A stretch of 63,920 nt of DNA, the filler included, from Octopus bimaculoides (lineage: Eukaryota): NCBI RefSeq assembly GCF_001194135.2. It is 6 parts of 6 records of this genome, joined end to end, with 100 filler letters (N's around TTAATTAATTAA, not from the genome) between each part and the next. Parts side by side here need not be neighbours in the genome. Positions count along the whole stretch, not along the records: positions 25,269 to 40,920 come from NC_068992.1; positions 41,021 to 54,499 come from NC_068984.1; 4 more parts are not named here. One strand, 5' to 3'. Below the pieces are notes generated by a model. It was not told the DNA's origin. It made no database searches and was given only the letters and a program-made list of their open reading frames with translations. Below, piece after piece: positions 37,051 through 50,344 of the stretch. Position numbers and translations under genes: made by a program. The stretch's first letter is position 1; every line of letters starts with the position of its first letter.

Positions 37051-37155
37051 GGTAAATTCCACCGCGGCAAATTCCACCATGGAAAATTCCACCAGGTAAA
37101 TTTCCCCATAGGTAAATTCCACCACGGTATATTCCCCCGTGGTAAATTTCGCCAT
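37051..37155 (+). repeat. About 15-bp tandem repeat (GGTAAATTCCACCAY) x7
   Basis: Seven units read directly; an inverted copy lies at 38577-38621. Confidence 0.85.
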
Positions 37156-37164
37156 ATTTGAAAT

Positions 37165-37559
37165 TATCATTATCATCATTATTACTATAATCATTATTAT
37201 CATCACTATTATTATTATCATTATTATTATCATCATTATTATTATTATTGTTCAGTAGTTTTATTTTTATAACGTGCTTTCACTTCACTACCGAGCGCAG
37301 CTCTGTACGCCTTGGGTATGTGCTGTGGTTTGCTGTGGTGCTCTTATGGTTACTGTATTGAAAGTGTTTTGCGTAGGATGTGTGCAGTGCCCAATAGTGC
37401 AATTTACTGTATGTTATATATATTTGTAAGTCCTGGTGTTTTTGTTATGTATTTGTCTGAATATTTTTTTATTATACCTAAGGCACCAACTATGATAGGA
37501 ATTGTTTCTGTTTTTAGATTCCACATTCGAGTTACCTCTATATCCAGGTCTTTGTATTT
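37165..37559 (-). mobile_element. R4/Dong-like LINE 3' end (RLE endonuclease C-terminus, 3' UTR, (AAT)n)
   Basis: 37350-37559 translates KYKDLDIEVTRMWNLKTETIPIIVGALGIIKKYSDKYITKTPGLTNIYNIQ*IALLGTAHILRKTLSIQ*; UTR ends ...gtgaaagcacgttataaaaataaaactactgaac(aat)n. Confidence 0.8.
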
Positions 37560-38576
37560 NNNNNNNNNNNNNNNNNNNNNNNNNNNNNNNNNNNNNNNNN
37601 NNNNNNNNNNNNNNNNNNNNNNNNNNNNNNNNNNNNNNNNNNNNNNNNNNNNNNNNNNNNNNNNNNNNNNNNNNNNNNNNNNNNNNNNNNNNNNNNNNNN
37701 NNNNNNNNNNNNNNNNNNNNNNNNNNNNNNNNNNNNNNNNNNNNNNNNNNNNNNNNNNNNNNNNNNNNNNNNNNNNNNNNNNNNNNNNNNNNNNNNNNNN
37801 NNNNNNNNNNNNNNNNNNNNNNNNNNNNNNNNNNNNNNNNNNNNNNNNNNNNNNNNNNNNNNNNNNNNNNNNNNNNNNNNNNNNNNNNNNNNNNNNNNNN
37901 NNNNNNNNNNNNNNNNNNNNNNNNNNNNNNNNNNNNNNNNNNNNNNNNNNNNNNNNNNNNNNNNNNNNNNNNNNNNNNNNNNNNNNNNNNNNNNNNNNNN
38001 NNNNNNNNNNNNNNNNNNNNNNNNNNNNNNNNNNNNNNNNNNNNNNNNNNNNNNNNNNNNNNNNNNNNNNNNNNNNNNNNNNNNNNNNNNNNNNNNNNNN
38101 NNNNNNNNNNNNNNNNNNNNNNNNNNNNNNNNNNNNNNNNNNNNNNNNNNNNNNNNNNNNNNNNNNNNNNNNNNNNNNNNNNNNNNNNNNNNNNNNNNNN
38201 NNNNNNNNNNNNNNNNNNNNNNNNNNNNNNNNNNNNNNNNNNNNNNNNNNNNNNNNNNNNNNNNNNNNNNNNNNNNNNNNNNNNNNNNNNNNNNNNNNNN
38301 NNNNNNNNNNNNNNNNNNNNNNNNNNNNNNNNNNNNNNNNNNNNNNNNNNNNNNNNNNNNNNNNNNNNNNNNNNNNNNNNNNNNNNNNNNNNNNNNNNNN
38401 NNNNNNNNNNNNNNNNNNNNNNNNNNNNNNNNNNNNNNNNNNNNNNNNNNNNNNNNNNNNNNACACTCAAGACCTGAGACACAGACAGATTAAATAACAT
38501 ATGTAGTGACCGACGTTCTAGAGAAACTGACCACAGTGATTATTAGCGGGAGAAGCTTATATTAGAAGTCTATTCA

Positions 38577-38621
38577 TGGGTGGAATTTACCATGGTGGAA
38601 TATACCGTGGTGGAATTTACC
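38577..38621 (-). repeat. Inverted copy of the 15-bp tandem repeat x3
   Basis: Reverse complement ggtaaattccaccac ggtatattccaccat ggtaaattccacc matches units 5-7 of 37051-37155. Confidence 0.8.
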
Positions 38622-40156
38622 TAGAGGATTTTATTTGCATTAGATCCTACATTACTTGAGTACAAGTCAGCTATAATCTATCTATATCAACTCTGAAATC
38701 GTGGTTTCACAACCATGTCATTAATTCCCTGATTTCTCCATCTATTGACTTTTCAATTCATTTCACATCCAGTTTATATTGAAGCTGTAATTTACAACTA
38801 GGAATGCTAGAGTATTTATACCTACTATATTATTTCTCTTATTGACTTCAGTTTTTGATATTAGTCTGACTCTTTTATAGTACTAACTCTAAACTATATC
38901 TCCCATTTCTGTCTTTATTTATCAGTTTCCTTTACATAGCACATTTGTATGGGTGCTTTTGGTTTACTTCTCTGATTTAGGCGTCTAATTTAATAATATT
39001 CTCAGCTCTAGCTAAATTACCTCTTCGTATTAGAAGTAGCTTTAGTGCATTTGTTTAATCCTCTGATCAATCGTATGATTTTACTGAATTTAAAAACAGC
39101 TTTTAGTTCTGTATTGTCCATGTAAATATATTGAAGGCAGCTATGTATACAGACGTTGATGCGCAGTTCTTTCTGTAGCGTCTATATTCAACGGTGGTTT
39201 GGTGCAACAAGTATGCTAATGGAGTCGGAACGAAGTACAAGAACAGGGGACATAATGATCCCTTCTTAAAAGATATCCCCTCTTATTTATGCAGGAACAA
39301 TTTTGATAATGTTATGCGATGATATTGTTTTTAATATCATTAATTGCCTGACATATTTCATTAGTTCCTGAGTTGTTTTATTTAGACTTGGTTTCTGTAT
39401 CTGGTTTACAACATCCTTTAAGTGAGATCGTGTGTTGAAACAAATTTTGTCTAAGGAGAGTCATTATGCCAAAATTATTAACACGCGCGCACTATTTATC
39501 AATTGGATAAATACCCAACTAATTATTTTATTGTTTGCTTATAATAGGTAAACAGTAAATAATTTGTTTTGTTTTTGTTTGTTGTTGTTGTTTCTTTATC
39601 AAAGCTGTATTGTTGCTATTTCTAACCTTTTCAGTGACTGTTTTTGTATGTGTGAATAATATTGGCATAATGACTTTCCTAGACACAACAAAATTTGTTT
39701 TGAGTTTATCCAGAATCAGAAATGAATGTTACATAAAGGCTTTCAGTATCTGCCTAGATCACACCATTTTACCGTCTCCTATTTCTACTAACTTCTATAA
39801 AGTCTCGGTTCACTATTAACTCTTCTTTACAGCCATACTTTCATTTGCCGCACCATTTCTCTAGCAATATATTATTATTCACCAGACATGTAACCCAACT
39901 TCTAATGAAGAATGGTTGTGGAAGTTCTGTGTGCTTCGTCAAGGATTCATTCACTTATAGATATGTGGGATTTTGTTATTGTGCAAAAATTAAGTCAGGA
40001 GGAGGAGGCGAGGAGGAGACATAACGATTTGAGAATGCTTATCAGGGTATTGTAAATTATTTCACCATTATTGTAAGAATTCCATCATTTTCAAGAGAAA
40101 CCCAATTTAATTAAACTTATAAACATCTTTTTTCAGCAGCATTTTTCATTCCACTG

Positions 40157-40191
<35 letters not shown>

Positions 40192-41020
40192 GTCTGTCTC
40201 GCTCTGTCCTTCTCTCTTTTTCTCTCCTGCTGTGTCTCTGTCTCTCTATTTAGTAATTATTTAACACTAGCTGAAAGTGCGCAATATCTACTAGAATGAC
40301 GTAGATAATTTAATTATTTCAGATATCAAAAAACATTCTTAATCATTTGAGTCTAACTGGAATTATCTCATATACGAGACAATTCTTTATTCCGACTCAG
40401 TCATATCTCAATGTACCTTGTAATTTTTTTATTATTTATTTCCTAATTCTTCATACGTTATGCTGTTGGCAGAGTTTGTGTAAGAAAGTATATAAGACCG
40501 TGTAAGCACAGTGTATCTAATAGTTGTAGATTGGCATTACATACGCGGTGAGAAGCATAATGAACAGGCGAAACATAAGGTAAAGGCGAACCAAGCGCGA
40601 GTCACGTTCGAATAATATCTTCCTATGAATATAATATATTTCTAATTTTTAAAATCTTATATTTTTATGTCTTTTATTCGTTTCGGTCATTTGACTTCAG
40701 TTTTGCTTGGGCACCGCTTTCACGAGGTTCTTGTCGAAGGAATCGCACGCGGCTCTTATTTTATTTACGCCTGGTTTTTATTCTATCACTACCTAAACAC
40801 ACCAACGTCCGTCGTCAAATAAACACACCAACAGGACGTAAACACATCAACACTCGTTGTCAAGTGGGAGTTAGGGACTACACAGACAATAACACAAACA
40901 CACACACATATGTGTGTGTTNNNNNNNNNNNNNNNNNNNNNNNNNNNNNNNNNNNNNNNNNNNNTTAATTAATTAANNNNNNNNNNNNNNNNNNNNNNNN
41001 NNNNNNNNNNNNNNNNNNNN

Positions 41021-41052
<32 letters not shown>

Positions 41053-41724
41053 TATATATAAAAGTCAGGGTACAATATGTACCTGTTTGCTAGAAAGAAG
41101 AAGAGTTAAAACTCTCCAAAGCCACGCATCTCTCACTAATGTTCTTTTGGAAGTCGCGGGGCCTTCAGCTGAAAAAAAAGCGCTCGGAATGGTAAATATT
41201 TTTTTAAAGGCAGTTTACGTAGTAAGCCTGGGTGATGTGCTTCAAGTGTCAATTCGGCACAGAAAGTGAAATCAATTGATACTGGGATACCTACCCTCCT
41301 CTTTGTAGTTTTACAGATGAGGACGACTGTTTTGTTTTAGTATCTTTGCTACATCCTCCGTGCGTATTTACATATAGTGAGTGATGCATGGCTTTGGAGA
41401 GTTTTAACTATTCTTTCTAGCAAACAGGTACATATACATATATACATATATACATATATATATATGTGTGTGTGTGTGTATGTATATATATATACATATA
41501 TAACGTGAGTCGCAACGTTTAGCCATGTTGTGAGAAGACATTAAACGTTATGTACTCTTACTCTGGTCATATAATTGAGTTTCTTCTACGCTTATCTAAT
41601 CGAAGTCTTTCTTCAACAATCTCAAAATGTACATACATTCGAGCACACATGCGCGTGCGCACACTCACACACACACACAAGCACACATAAGTACACACAT
41701 GCACGTGCGCATTCACATACACAT

Positions 41725-41765
<41 letters not shown>

Positions 41766-41915
41766 CACACACACACACGCATGCTTTTAACAATAATAAT
41801 GTTGACAGTGATTTCGAAGTTCCGGCTTGTTTAACCTTCATGTACCTAGATAAGTAGTGATTCTGAAAAGTAGATTTGAACGAGTGACTTCCATCGTCGT
41901 CAGTCTGTGGCTATG

Positions 41916-41967
<52 letters not shown>

Positions 41968-42027
41968 AATCATAAATATACAGGGATTAGCAGGAGCCTG
42001 CTTCTCCAACATATATCTATATATCTA

Positions 42028-42110
<83 letters not shown>

Positions 42111-42869
42111 CGATATGGAGAATTCTGTTGCAGATTTTTGATTCAAGCTACTAACAATCTATGGGTAATACTACTCCGTATTGGACACAAACCAAAGTGA
42201 AAAATGTTCACATTTTACCACAACTGTTCTACATAACCAGCACAGTATTATGGGATCGATATTGATCAATATATTGAGAAATAATAAAATGCTTTAACAT
42301 CACATTGTTGTTCAGCGAGCACCATTGTTTGTAGCCTATTTTCTAATTCTAGTCATAACTAGTTCATATGCATAATTTAGCTCCTACTGTAGAAAGACGT
42401 TTGTACGTCGCAGAAGCCTATTCCGCTTCTATGAATTTGAGACGTTGTGAACACATAAGGAATCAACTGCTACCCGAGAGATCTTTGCTCCGCTTACTAT
42501 TTCCTGTTCTAGCTATTTCCTTCCAGTAATAACTTCAGAAAGGCATCATTAGCCTCATGCTAATATTCCTGCATCTTTGAACTCAAAAGTGTAATTTTCC
42601 AATGAAGAATGTATTACTGATAAAGTAGTCAAGCGAAAAAATACAAGGATTTGAATTCTGTTCATTGCAGATGTGTGTAAATGTGTGTGTGTGNNNNNNN
42701 NNNGGGGGGGTGTAAAACAAAGTATTCATCAAAGCTTTCTTCATAAATATTACAGTTGTAAAGCACCAAAAATAGACAATGTCTGCATCCAGGTTAGGTG
42801 TTAAATTGACTAATTGATTCTCAGTTTAAAACGTACTGGAGTGAGCCTTTGCATAACCATCACCACTCA

Positions 42870-43160
42870 ATATATCATCATCATTATCATTTAAAGCCCG
42901 TTTTCCATGCTGGCATGGTTTAGACGGTTTGACAGGAATTGCACCAAGATTTCTGCGGCTGGATATTTTGCCTAACGCCAGCCACTTTACAAAGTGTAAA
43001 GTGTACTGGATGCTTTTTATGTGGAACCAACACGTGTGCTTTTTACGTGGCACCAGTGCCAACGGAATTGCAAGGTAACTTGCAAGACTAAGGTCCCATG
43101 GCTGGAAGAGGGAGTGGTATTAAGAGAGGCGGTTTTGTGTTGGTTGAGAGCTTTATGTAT
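42870..43160 (-). mobile_element. SINE/LINE-tail fragment with (GAT)n-type end (RTE-associated type)
   Basis: Minus strand ...ggcacgtaaaaagcac-like segment...aaaccatgccagcatggaaaacgggctttaaatgataatgatgatgat; tail style typical of RTE partners (inference). Confidence 0.5.
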
Positions 43161-43266
43161 AACAGAGAGACAGAGATAAGTGTCTTATTTCAGGGAAGAT
43201 ATTTGGCTACGCCAGTAGGAAAAGAAAGGAGAAAAATGAGAGATAGAGTTAGAGATAAAGATAGAA

Positions 43267-43350
<84 letters not shown>

Positions 43351-43479
43351 TGTTGGAAATGCATCGGGACATACCAACTAGGTACCAGGGGTGGGAAATA
43401 CAAATGGTGCAGTGGGAATAGAAGGAGGATGTCTCATAAGATTGTGAGGAAAATGTTTAGAGATCGGAAAGAGATGACT

Positions 43480-43790
43480 GCAGCAAGTGATGATAAAAGA
43501 AATCGGAGTGATTGAAGTGGAGTCACTATGATAGATATGTAAGTGCATGTAGAGTCTGCAGGTAGGGATCCTTTATCAATAAGGTTTTTTGATAGAGAAG
43601 AATTTTCACCGCTTAGTGAAAGAAGAAAGAGAAGCAGCTATGACTCATTTCCAGAGCCTCAGAGACTAATAGGAGTAAAGGACGAAATGAGGCCTAAGAC
43701 CCATCTAAGGGCTTTGGATGGGTCTCAGGCGACAGATAACTCTATCATTCTAGAATGCTTTCTCTCATGAACTAAACTCTCAGTTTCCAT
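43480..43790 (-). pseudogene. Old CR1/L2-group LINE C-terminal fragment
   Basis: Frameshifted words SKALRWVLGLI...IAASLSSF resemble the IQxKAxRLI...RRxVASLSLF segment of these LINEs. Confidence 0.4.
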
Positions 43791-45040
43791 CTACCAAACG
43801 TTCCTCACACAGTTTTTGTCGACATAAAGTCATGGTAGAAGACACATGCCCAGAGTAACGTGCATTGGGATTGAACATGAAGCATAGTAGGGTGGAATCA
43901 GATTTCTTAACCACACAGTCATGTCTTCACCAAAACGTCTTAATCACAGACATTACAGCTCCCATTACCGATGAATGAGATCAGTGACTCAGATGTAAAT
44001 AAGAATATTGATGAGGGTAGAACTAATAAAATTCTGATTTTAGCCGAAAGTTATTTCTTTAACAGAAAGCGTGTTTTAGTTGATAGCAATCAAACTTACG
44101 ATTTAGATTTATAAAGTGAAAAGGAGTGCTGAGGATTGTACAGAATTTTACTGACAAAGTATCTGTTTATCTTGTTCCCGCTTTTGTCCTTATTGAATAA
44201 TTAATGGAATTTAATCGATATTTTTTCCTTTTCAGAAAACTGGCTAACGTTCTTTTCCCTATCATCTAGTAGTGTTGTTAGAGACAAGTTAGTTATGGTA
44301 CGTTAATTTCTTGCTATAAAGATTGCCTCCATCAATGATGCTATATCCCAATACAGTTATACTCCAAATGTTCTTTCTTAAATAAATTGCCTAAATGAGT
44401 AGTTTTAATGTGGCGATAATATATAAATGGTTGTTAATGTTTGGCGTGTTGTTAAATTAATTCGGTTATAAGAAGCATAACAATATCGAAGTTCTTCCTT
44501 TAACATTCTTCGATTAGTTAACAGTTATTGTTGATATCGAGTAATTATTTTCTTCAATGATCTCACTGCTGCCTTCGATGTTATCGATTTCGATGCTTTT
44601 TGTGGACGCCTGTGGATTTGATAGAATTTCATCTGCTCTATATTAGTTTCTTTGTCCCTGACAACAAAATACAAAAGAAAATTTCAGGAGAATTCATATT
44701 TTCACTGAAATAGAACGTTTCACCATTACAAACACTACAATTCAGCTATAACACTATTATGACGAATAGCAGGAACGAGAAAGACAATCAAATGTTATCA
44801 AACATTTATATTTATAGCTTATATACACAATAATCATCAGCAACGGCATAGCTACCACCGACCAATACCATTATTGAAAACACGACCTAATTAAAACAAA
44901 GTTTTCTCTTGTATTGCTGCTATAATAAACACCCTTACATTAAACAACAGCAAAATTAGAAAACAGTCGTCAACAAACAACAGCGACACAAATTTAATAC
45001 AACTCTAACTATGCACTACCATCGCCATTTGGATCGATTC

Positions 45041-45601
45041 TACGAGGGTGAGTCAAAAAGTAATGCCATTTTGTTTAGGACAGGTATACTTACCAACACA
45101 GGAACATGTATCATACATCAAAATGAAGCTAGTTTCTCTGTGGATCACATCCCTACTTCTCAACATAGTCACCGTTTCTCTCAATAGCAATGTTCCACCT
45201 TCGAATGAGAGCATGTATCCCTGCCCTGTAAAATTCTGTTGACTTTTCTTTGAGCCACTTCTTCACTACCTCCACACTCACCAGATTTAGCGCCTTCAGA
45301 CTATCATCTCTTCGGCGCCACGAAAGAGGGTTTGAGAGGCAAACATTATTCCAGTGACTAGGAAGTGAAAACTGTAGTGAAAAAGTGGCTCAAAGAACAG
45401 TCAACAGAATTTTACTGGGCAGGGATACAAGCTCTCATTCGAAGGTGGAACTTTGCTATTGAGAGAAACAGTGATTATGTTGAGAAGTAGGGATGTGATC
45501 CACAGAGGACCAGTTTCATTTTGATGTATGATACATGTTCCTGTGTTGGTAATTATACCTGTCCTAAGCAAAATGGTATTACTTTTTGACTCACCCTCGT
45601 A
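45041..45601. mobile_element. Foldback mariner MITE built from two 3' ends, with TA target duplications
   Basis: TA-cgagggtgagtcaaaaagtaa...ttactttttgactcaccctcg-TA. Arms 45043-45269 and 45374-45599 are inverted. Inside: PHSPDLAPSDYHLFGATKEGLRGKHY...WLKEQSTEFYWAGIQALIRRWNFAIERNSDYVEK*. Confidence 0.92.
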
Positions 45602-46744
45602 TACTCCCTATCAACAACAGCTTTTCTACAAGCCCAAGCAACATTTCCACTATAGCTATTACCAAAACAACAACACATTGACAAAATGTTACCTATCACT
45701 TCTAATGTATGATGACAAGTTAACAAAGGAGCTGCAGCGAGCAATCAAATATAAATAATTAGCTAAACCTCTCTCATGATCCCACTATCATCTTAAAAAG
45801 GGAAAGGAGCATTCACCAACGAGTGGATTACACGCGTAGTATACATTGGTGGTTATAGTAACTGTGGTGTTTATAGTATTACATTGATGGAACGTATCAG
45901 TGTATTTCTCCATTATCAACAGGTGGAACTAGTTGGTGGTGTTATACATGAATGGGTAACATATGTAGTGACAAGCATGGTCTACATACATGGTAGGTTA
46001 AAAAGATTACGAATTAGGTGTTTGCTAGATCTATCGGCATTGGCAGTAATGCACTTCAGGAACTTGCTGCTTCTGGTCGTTGTCTTCGCAGAGTTTTCTC
46101 TGTCTAGCATCGTCTGAGTGTCACTGTAGATCAATCGAGGAGTCTTTCACCGAGAAATCACATTTGCCATACTTTTTCTTAAGGCTTTACCTGTTGATCA
46201 TAGGTAGGGCAGCTGTCATGTGCTTTGCTTTGTCCAATAGCAGCCTGTGTTTGGACCAAGACAGCTTGTTTTCATATTCACCGCTAATCTCTTTCTCCAG
46301 AGACCGTTCCTTTATCCGCTGTCTGAGATCTCTTCGAGCAGAAATTCTCTCTCTTATTGCATATCATCTGTGCTAAACTTATGTCACATACAGAGAAACG
46401 TATGCCGCTCATTCACTTAACGACAAACAACAGCGTAGATAAACGTCGAGAACTTATACAGTTTAGCTCAATCTGCTTGAAAAAAAAAGCAGTTAAATCT
46501 CCCCCCAAATAACACCCTACCATCTTAAGTAATGATATCTATAATGGAAAATGCAAACTAAAAAGATCAGATGATGACGACTGGATCGTCATTGATCCAC
46601 CTAATAAAAGCTGACGTCAATTAAACAGCTGTTCCCGTAGTCTTATTAAATAGATCTGTGAAAGTCTATATTTTTGTGATCTTGTACAGCTGTTTGTAAC
46701 AAAAACCAGCAGCAATAGCAGCACCACCAGCACTACCAGCAGTC

Positions 46745-46785
<41 letters not shown>

Positions 46786-47869
46786 AACAACAATAACAAC
46801 AGCAAGAACAATGGCCACAATAACAAACGTTAAGATAATCATTTCCATTCAGTAACACGCCTACCGTCATATCAAGAGCCATGACTGACTACCATCAATG
46901 AATGCGATCATCAGTTACAATGACAATATGCAGGAAATAATGCCAGCATTACAAAACACCTTTACTCCGGCACAACAGAGCCACCATCATCACCAACCAC
47001 CACCACCGCCACCACCAAAACCACCACCACCACCACCACCACCAAAACCACCNNNNNNNNNNNNNNNNNNNNNNNNNNNNNNNNNNNNNNNNNNNNNNNN
47101 NNNNNNNNNNNNNNNNNNNNNNNNNNNNNNNNNNNNNNNNNNNNNNNNNNNNNNNNNNNNNNNNNNNNNNNNNNNNNNNNNNNNNNNNNNNNNNNNNNNN
47201 NNNNNNNNNNNNNNNNNNNNNNNNNNNNNNNNNNNNNNNACCACCACCACCACCACCACCAGCATCATCAACACCTTGTACAATCTCCTGTGCAACAGCT
47301 TGATACCATGGAACAATCAACAGACAGATAAAAGACATGGTCTTATAATTAAGATAATGGAGTAAACAATAACAAAAAAAACAAAACAAAAAAGAACAAA
47401 ACAGTACGCTTCTGTAATCATAATTATGTCAAGCTGATCGATATTGAATTAATGAATTAATAAATGAATATATAAACACACAAACACGTAATCTCTCTTT
47501 CGCTTTCTCTCTTTCCTCCCTCACTCTCTCTCTCACACACACGCGCGTGCGCAGTGCACATGAACTTCACTCGCATATTCACGTATGAATTTTACATTGC
47601 TAGCTTTTGTACCAAAATAGACTGATCTGTCGGTGGCCTTGTTGTTGCTATTGTTGTTTAACCCCAGGTAAATCCTGTCTAAGGTGGCTTATGAATGGAA
47701 GTGTGATTGCTATGACTACGCCTTCCTTCTCTCAAATGTTGCGTATGTAGGAATACATTAATACATTATCAGATGAGCCTTTCCGCTTTCCAGACTGCAG
47801 GATGCTGTTGCTAATAGGCTGGGTGACCGTGCAGACGCTCTCGCATTGGCTCGTGTTGAATATGTTTAG

Positions 47870-48060
47870 AGTACGCTGGACGAAAGGTTTAGCAGTATTT
47901 TGCCCGTCGCTACGTTCTGAGTTCAAATTCTGCCGATGTCAACGTTGCCTTTCATCCTTTCGGAGTCGATAAATTCAGTACCAGTGAAACACTGGGGTCG
48001 ATGTAATCGACTATCTCCCCTCCCCCCAAATTTCAGGTCTTGTGCCTATAGTAGAGAGGA
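47870..48060 (+). mobile_element. SINE family B copy
   Basis: gttctgagttcaaattctgccgatgtcaacgttgcctttcatcctttcggagtcgataaattcagtaccag... Confidence 0.8.
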
Positions 48061-48766
48061 TATATATATATATATATATANNNNNNNNNNNNNNNNNNNN
48101 NNNNNNNNNNNNNNNNNNNNNNNNNNNNNNNNNNNNNNNNNNNNNNNNNNNNNNNNNNNNNNNNNNNNNNNNNNNNNNNNNNNNNNNNNNNNNNNNNNNN
48201 NNNNNNNNNNNNNNNNNNNNNNNNNNNNNNNNNNNNNNNNNNNNNNNNNNNNNNNNNNNNNNNNNNNNNNNNNNNNNNNNNNNNNNNNNNNNNNNNNNNN
48301 NNNNNNNNNNNNNNNNNNNNNNNNNNNNNNNNNNNNNNNNNNNNNNNNNNNNNNNNNNNNNNNNNNNNNNNNNNNNNNNNNNNNNNNNNNNNNNNNNNNN
48401 NNNNNNNNNNNNNNNNNNNNNNNNNNNNNNNNNNNNNNNNNNNNNNNNNNNNNNNNNNNNNNNNNNNNNNNNNNNNNNNNNNNNNNNNNNNNNNNNNNNN
48501 NNNNNNNNNNNNNNNNNNNNNNNNNNNNNNNNNNNNNNNNNNNNNNNNNNNNNNNNNNNNNNNNNNNNNNNNNNNNNNNNNNNNNNNNNNNNNNNNNNNN
48601 NNNNNNNNNNNNNATATATATATATATATATATATATAAGCGGTTAGCCGAAAACTGAATATACCTGAGAGGTATTACGGTACCCGCCTGGATAATTTAT
48701 ATACCATTGCAATATACAAAATGTTATCCTCTCGGTTCTTTGTCCGATACGCCAATCACACAATTG

Positions 48767-48975
48767 GTTTCAAACTTTGGCACAAAGCCAGCAGTTGCTG
48801 AGAAATCGATTGCATCGACCCCAGTGCTCAACAGGTGCTTATTTTGATCGACCCTGGAATGATGAAAAGCAAAGTCGACCTCAGCGGAATTTGAACTCAG
48901 AACGTAAAGGCAGACAAAATGCTGCTAAGCCTTTTACCCCAGTAGTGCTGCCGATTCTGCCAGCTAGCCACCTTA
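48767..48975 (-). mobile_element. SINE family B copy
   Basis: gatgaaaagcaaagtcgacctcagcggaatttgaactcagaacgtaaag...ccgattctgccagctagccacc. Confidence 0.8.
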
Positions 48976-49365
48976 GACGCCAATCACATAATTAAGGTGA
49001 GACATTACATGAGCCTCAAGCTCAAATCTGCTTCGGTGTTTCTTTACATTTCTGGATAGAACGTTGTATTCTTGAATCGACTATTTTGTTATCATATCAA
49101 TAAGATTTGGTAAATACTCTCAGATTAAAGTCTATCAGTGATGTTGGTTAGCTTTTTTGCATTGTATTCGAAATATAGTCCCGACAATTGGCTGCACGTA
49201 GTGGCTTGCATGAAATAGGATATTCTAATTATCGGTCATTAGTCAAACGGTATCCCGAAGAATATTTATCCGGTTCGATCAGCGCTTAAAAGACTGTACA
49301 CAAGGAGGCAAACAATATAAACCAACATTTACATACATGTATCCAGATTAAGCACAAATATATTC

Positions 49366-49732
49366 TTTCTTTTATTCTTTTATTTGTTACAGGTATTAGA
49401 CTGCGGTCATACTGGAGCACTGTCACGAAGGTTTGTTTTTTTGTTATCGATCCCAAGACTTATTTCTTAAGCCTGGTACTTATTCTATCGGCCTCTCTTG
49501 CCGAACGGCTAGGTTACGGGGACGTAAACACACCTGCACCGGTTGACAAGCAGTGTGAGGATACAAGCACAGACACACAGACACACATATATACATATAT
49601 ACGACGGGCTTCTTTCAGTTTCCGTTTACCAAATCCCCTCTCATGGTTTTGGTCGGCCAAAGTATCACGTAGTGGGACTGAACCCGGAACCATGTGTAGG
49701 GAAGCAAGCTTCTTACTACATACGCTGCCATG
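49366..49732 (-). mobile_element. SINE family A, near full length
   Basis: Tail, internal (CA)/(TA) tract and head all present, with a deletion in the CORE-like part. Confidence 0.8.
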
Positions 49733-50010
49733 CACACACACACACACACATATACACGTGTACATACAAATATGAGTGTGTATGCGTATGTGTGTGTGTG
49801 AATATATGTAAAACTGTATTATTTGTATGATTTTTAATGTAGCTATCTATCTGTCTATCAATCTATCTATCGGTCATAGCTTTTTTATTAACTAACACGC
49901 GTCACATGTATATACATATATATGTTGTGTTTGTATACATACATACATACATACATACATACATACACACATACATACATACATGCATACATACATAAAT
50001 ACATACATAC

Positions 50011-50044
<34 letters not shown>

Positions 50045-50056
50045 CACACACACGCA

Positions 50057-50109
<53 letters not shown>

Positions 50110-50119
50110 NNNNNNNNNN

Positions 50120-50194
<75 letters not shown>

Positions 50195-50275
50195 CATACA
50201 CATATATATGGGTGTGTGTATGTGTGTGCGTGTCAAATTGTATTATTAGTGGGATTTGTAATCTATCTACCTATA

Positions 50276-50344
<69 letters not shown>

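Noticed and set aside
46898-47365. His/Pro/Thr-rich ORF MNAIISYND...PPPPKPPPP
   Set aside because: Driven by (CAC/CCA)n repeats and an N gap; no recognisable domain.
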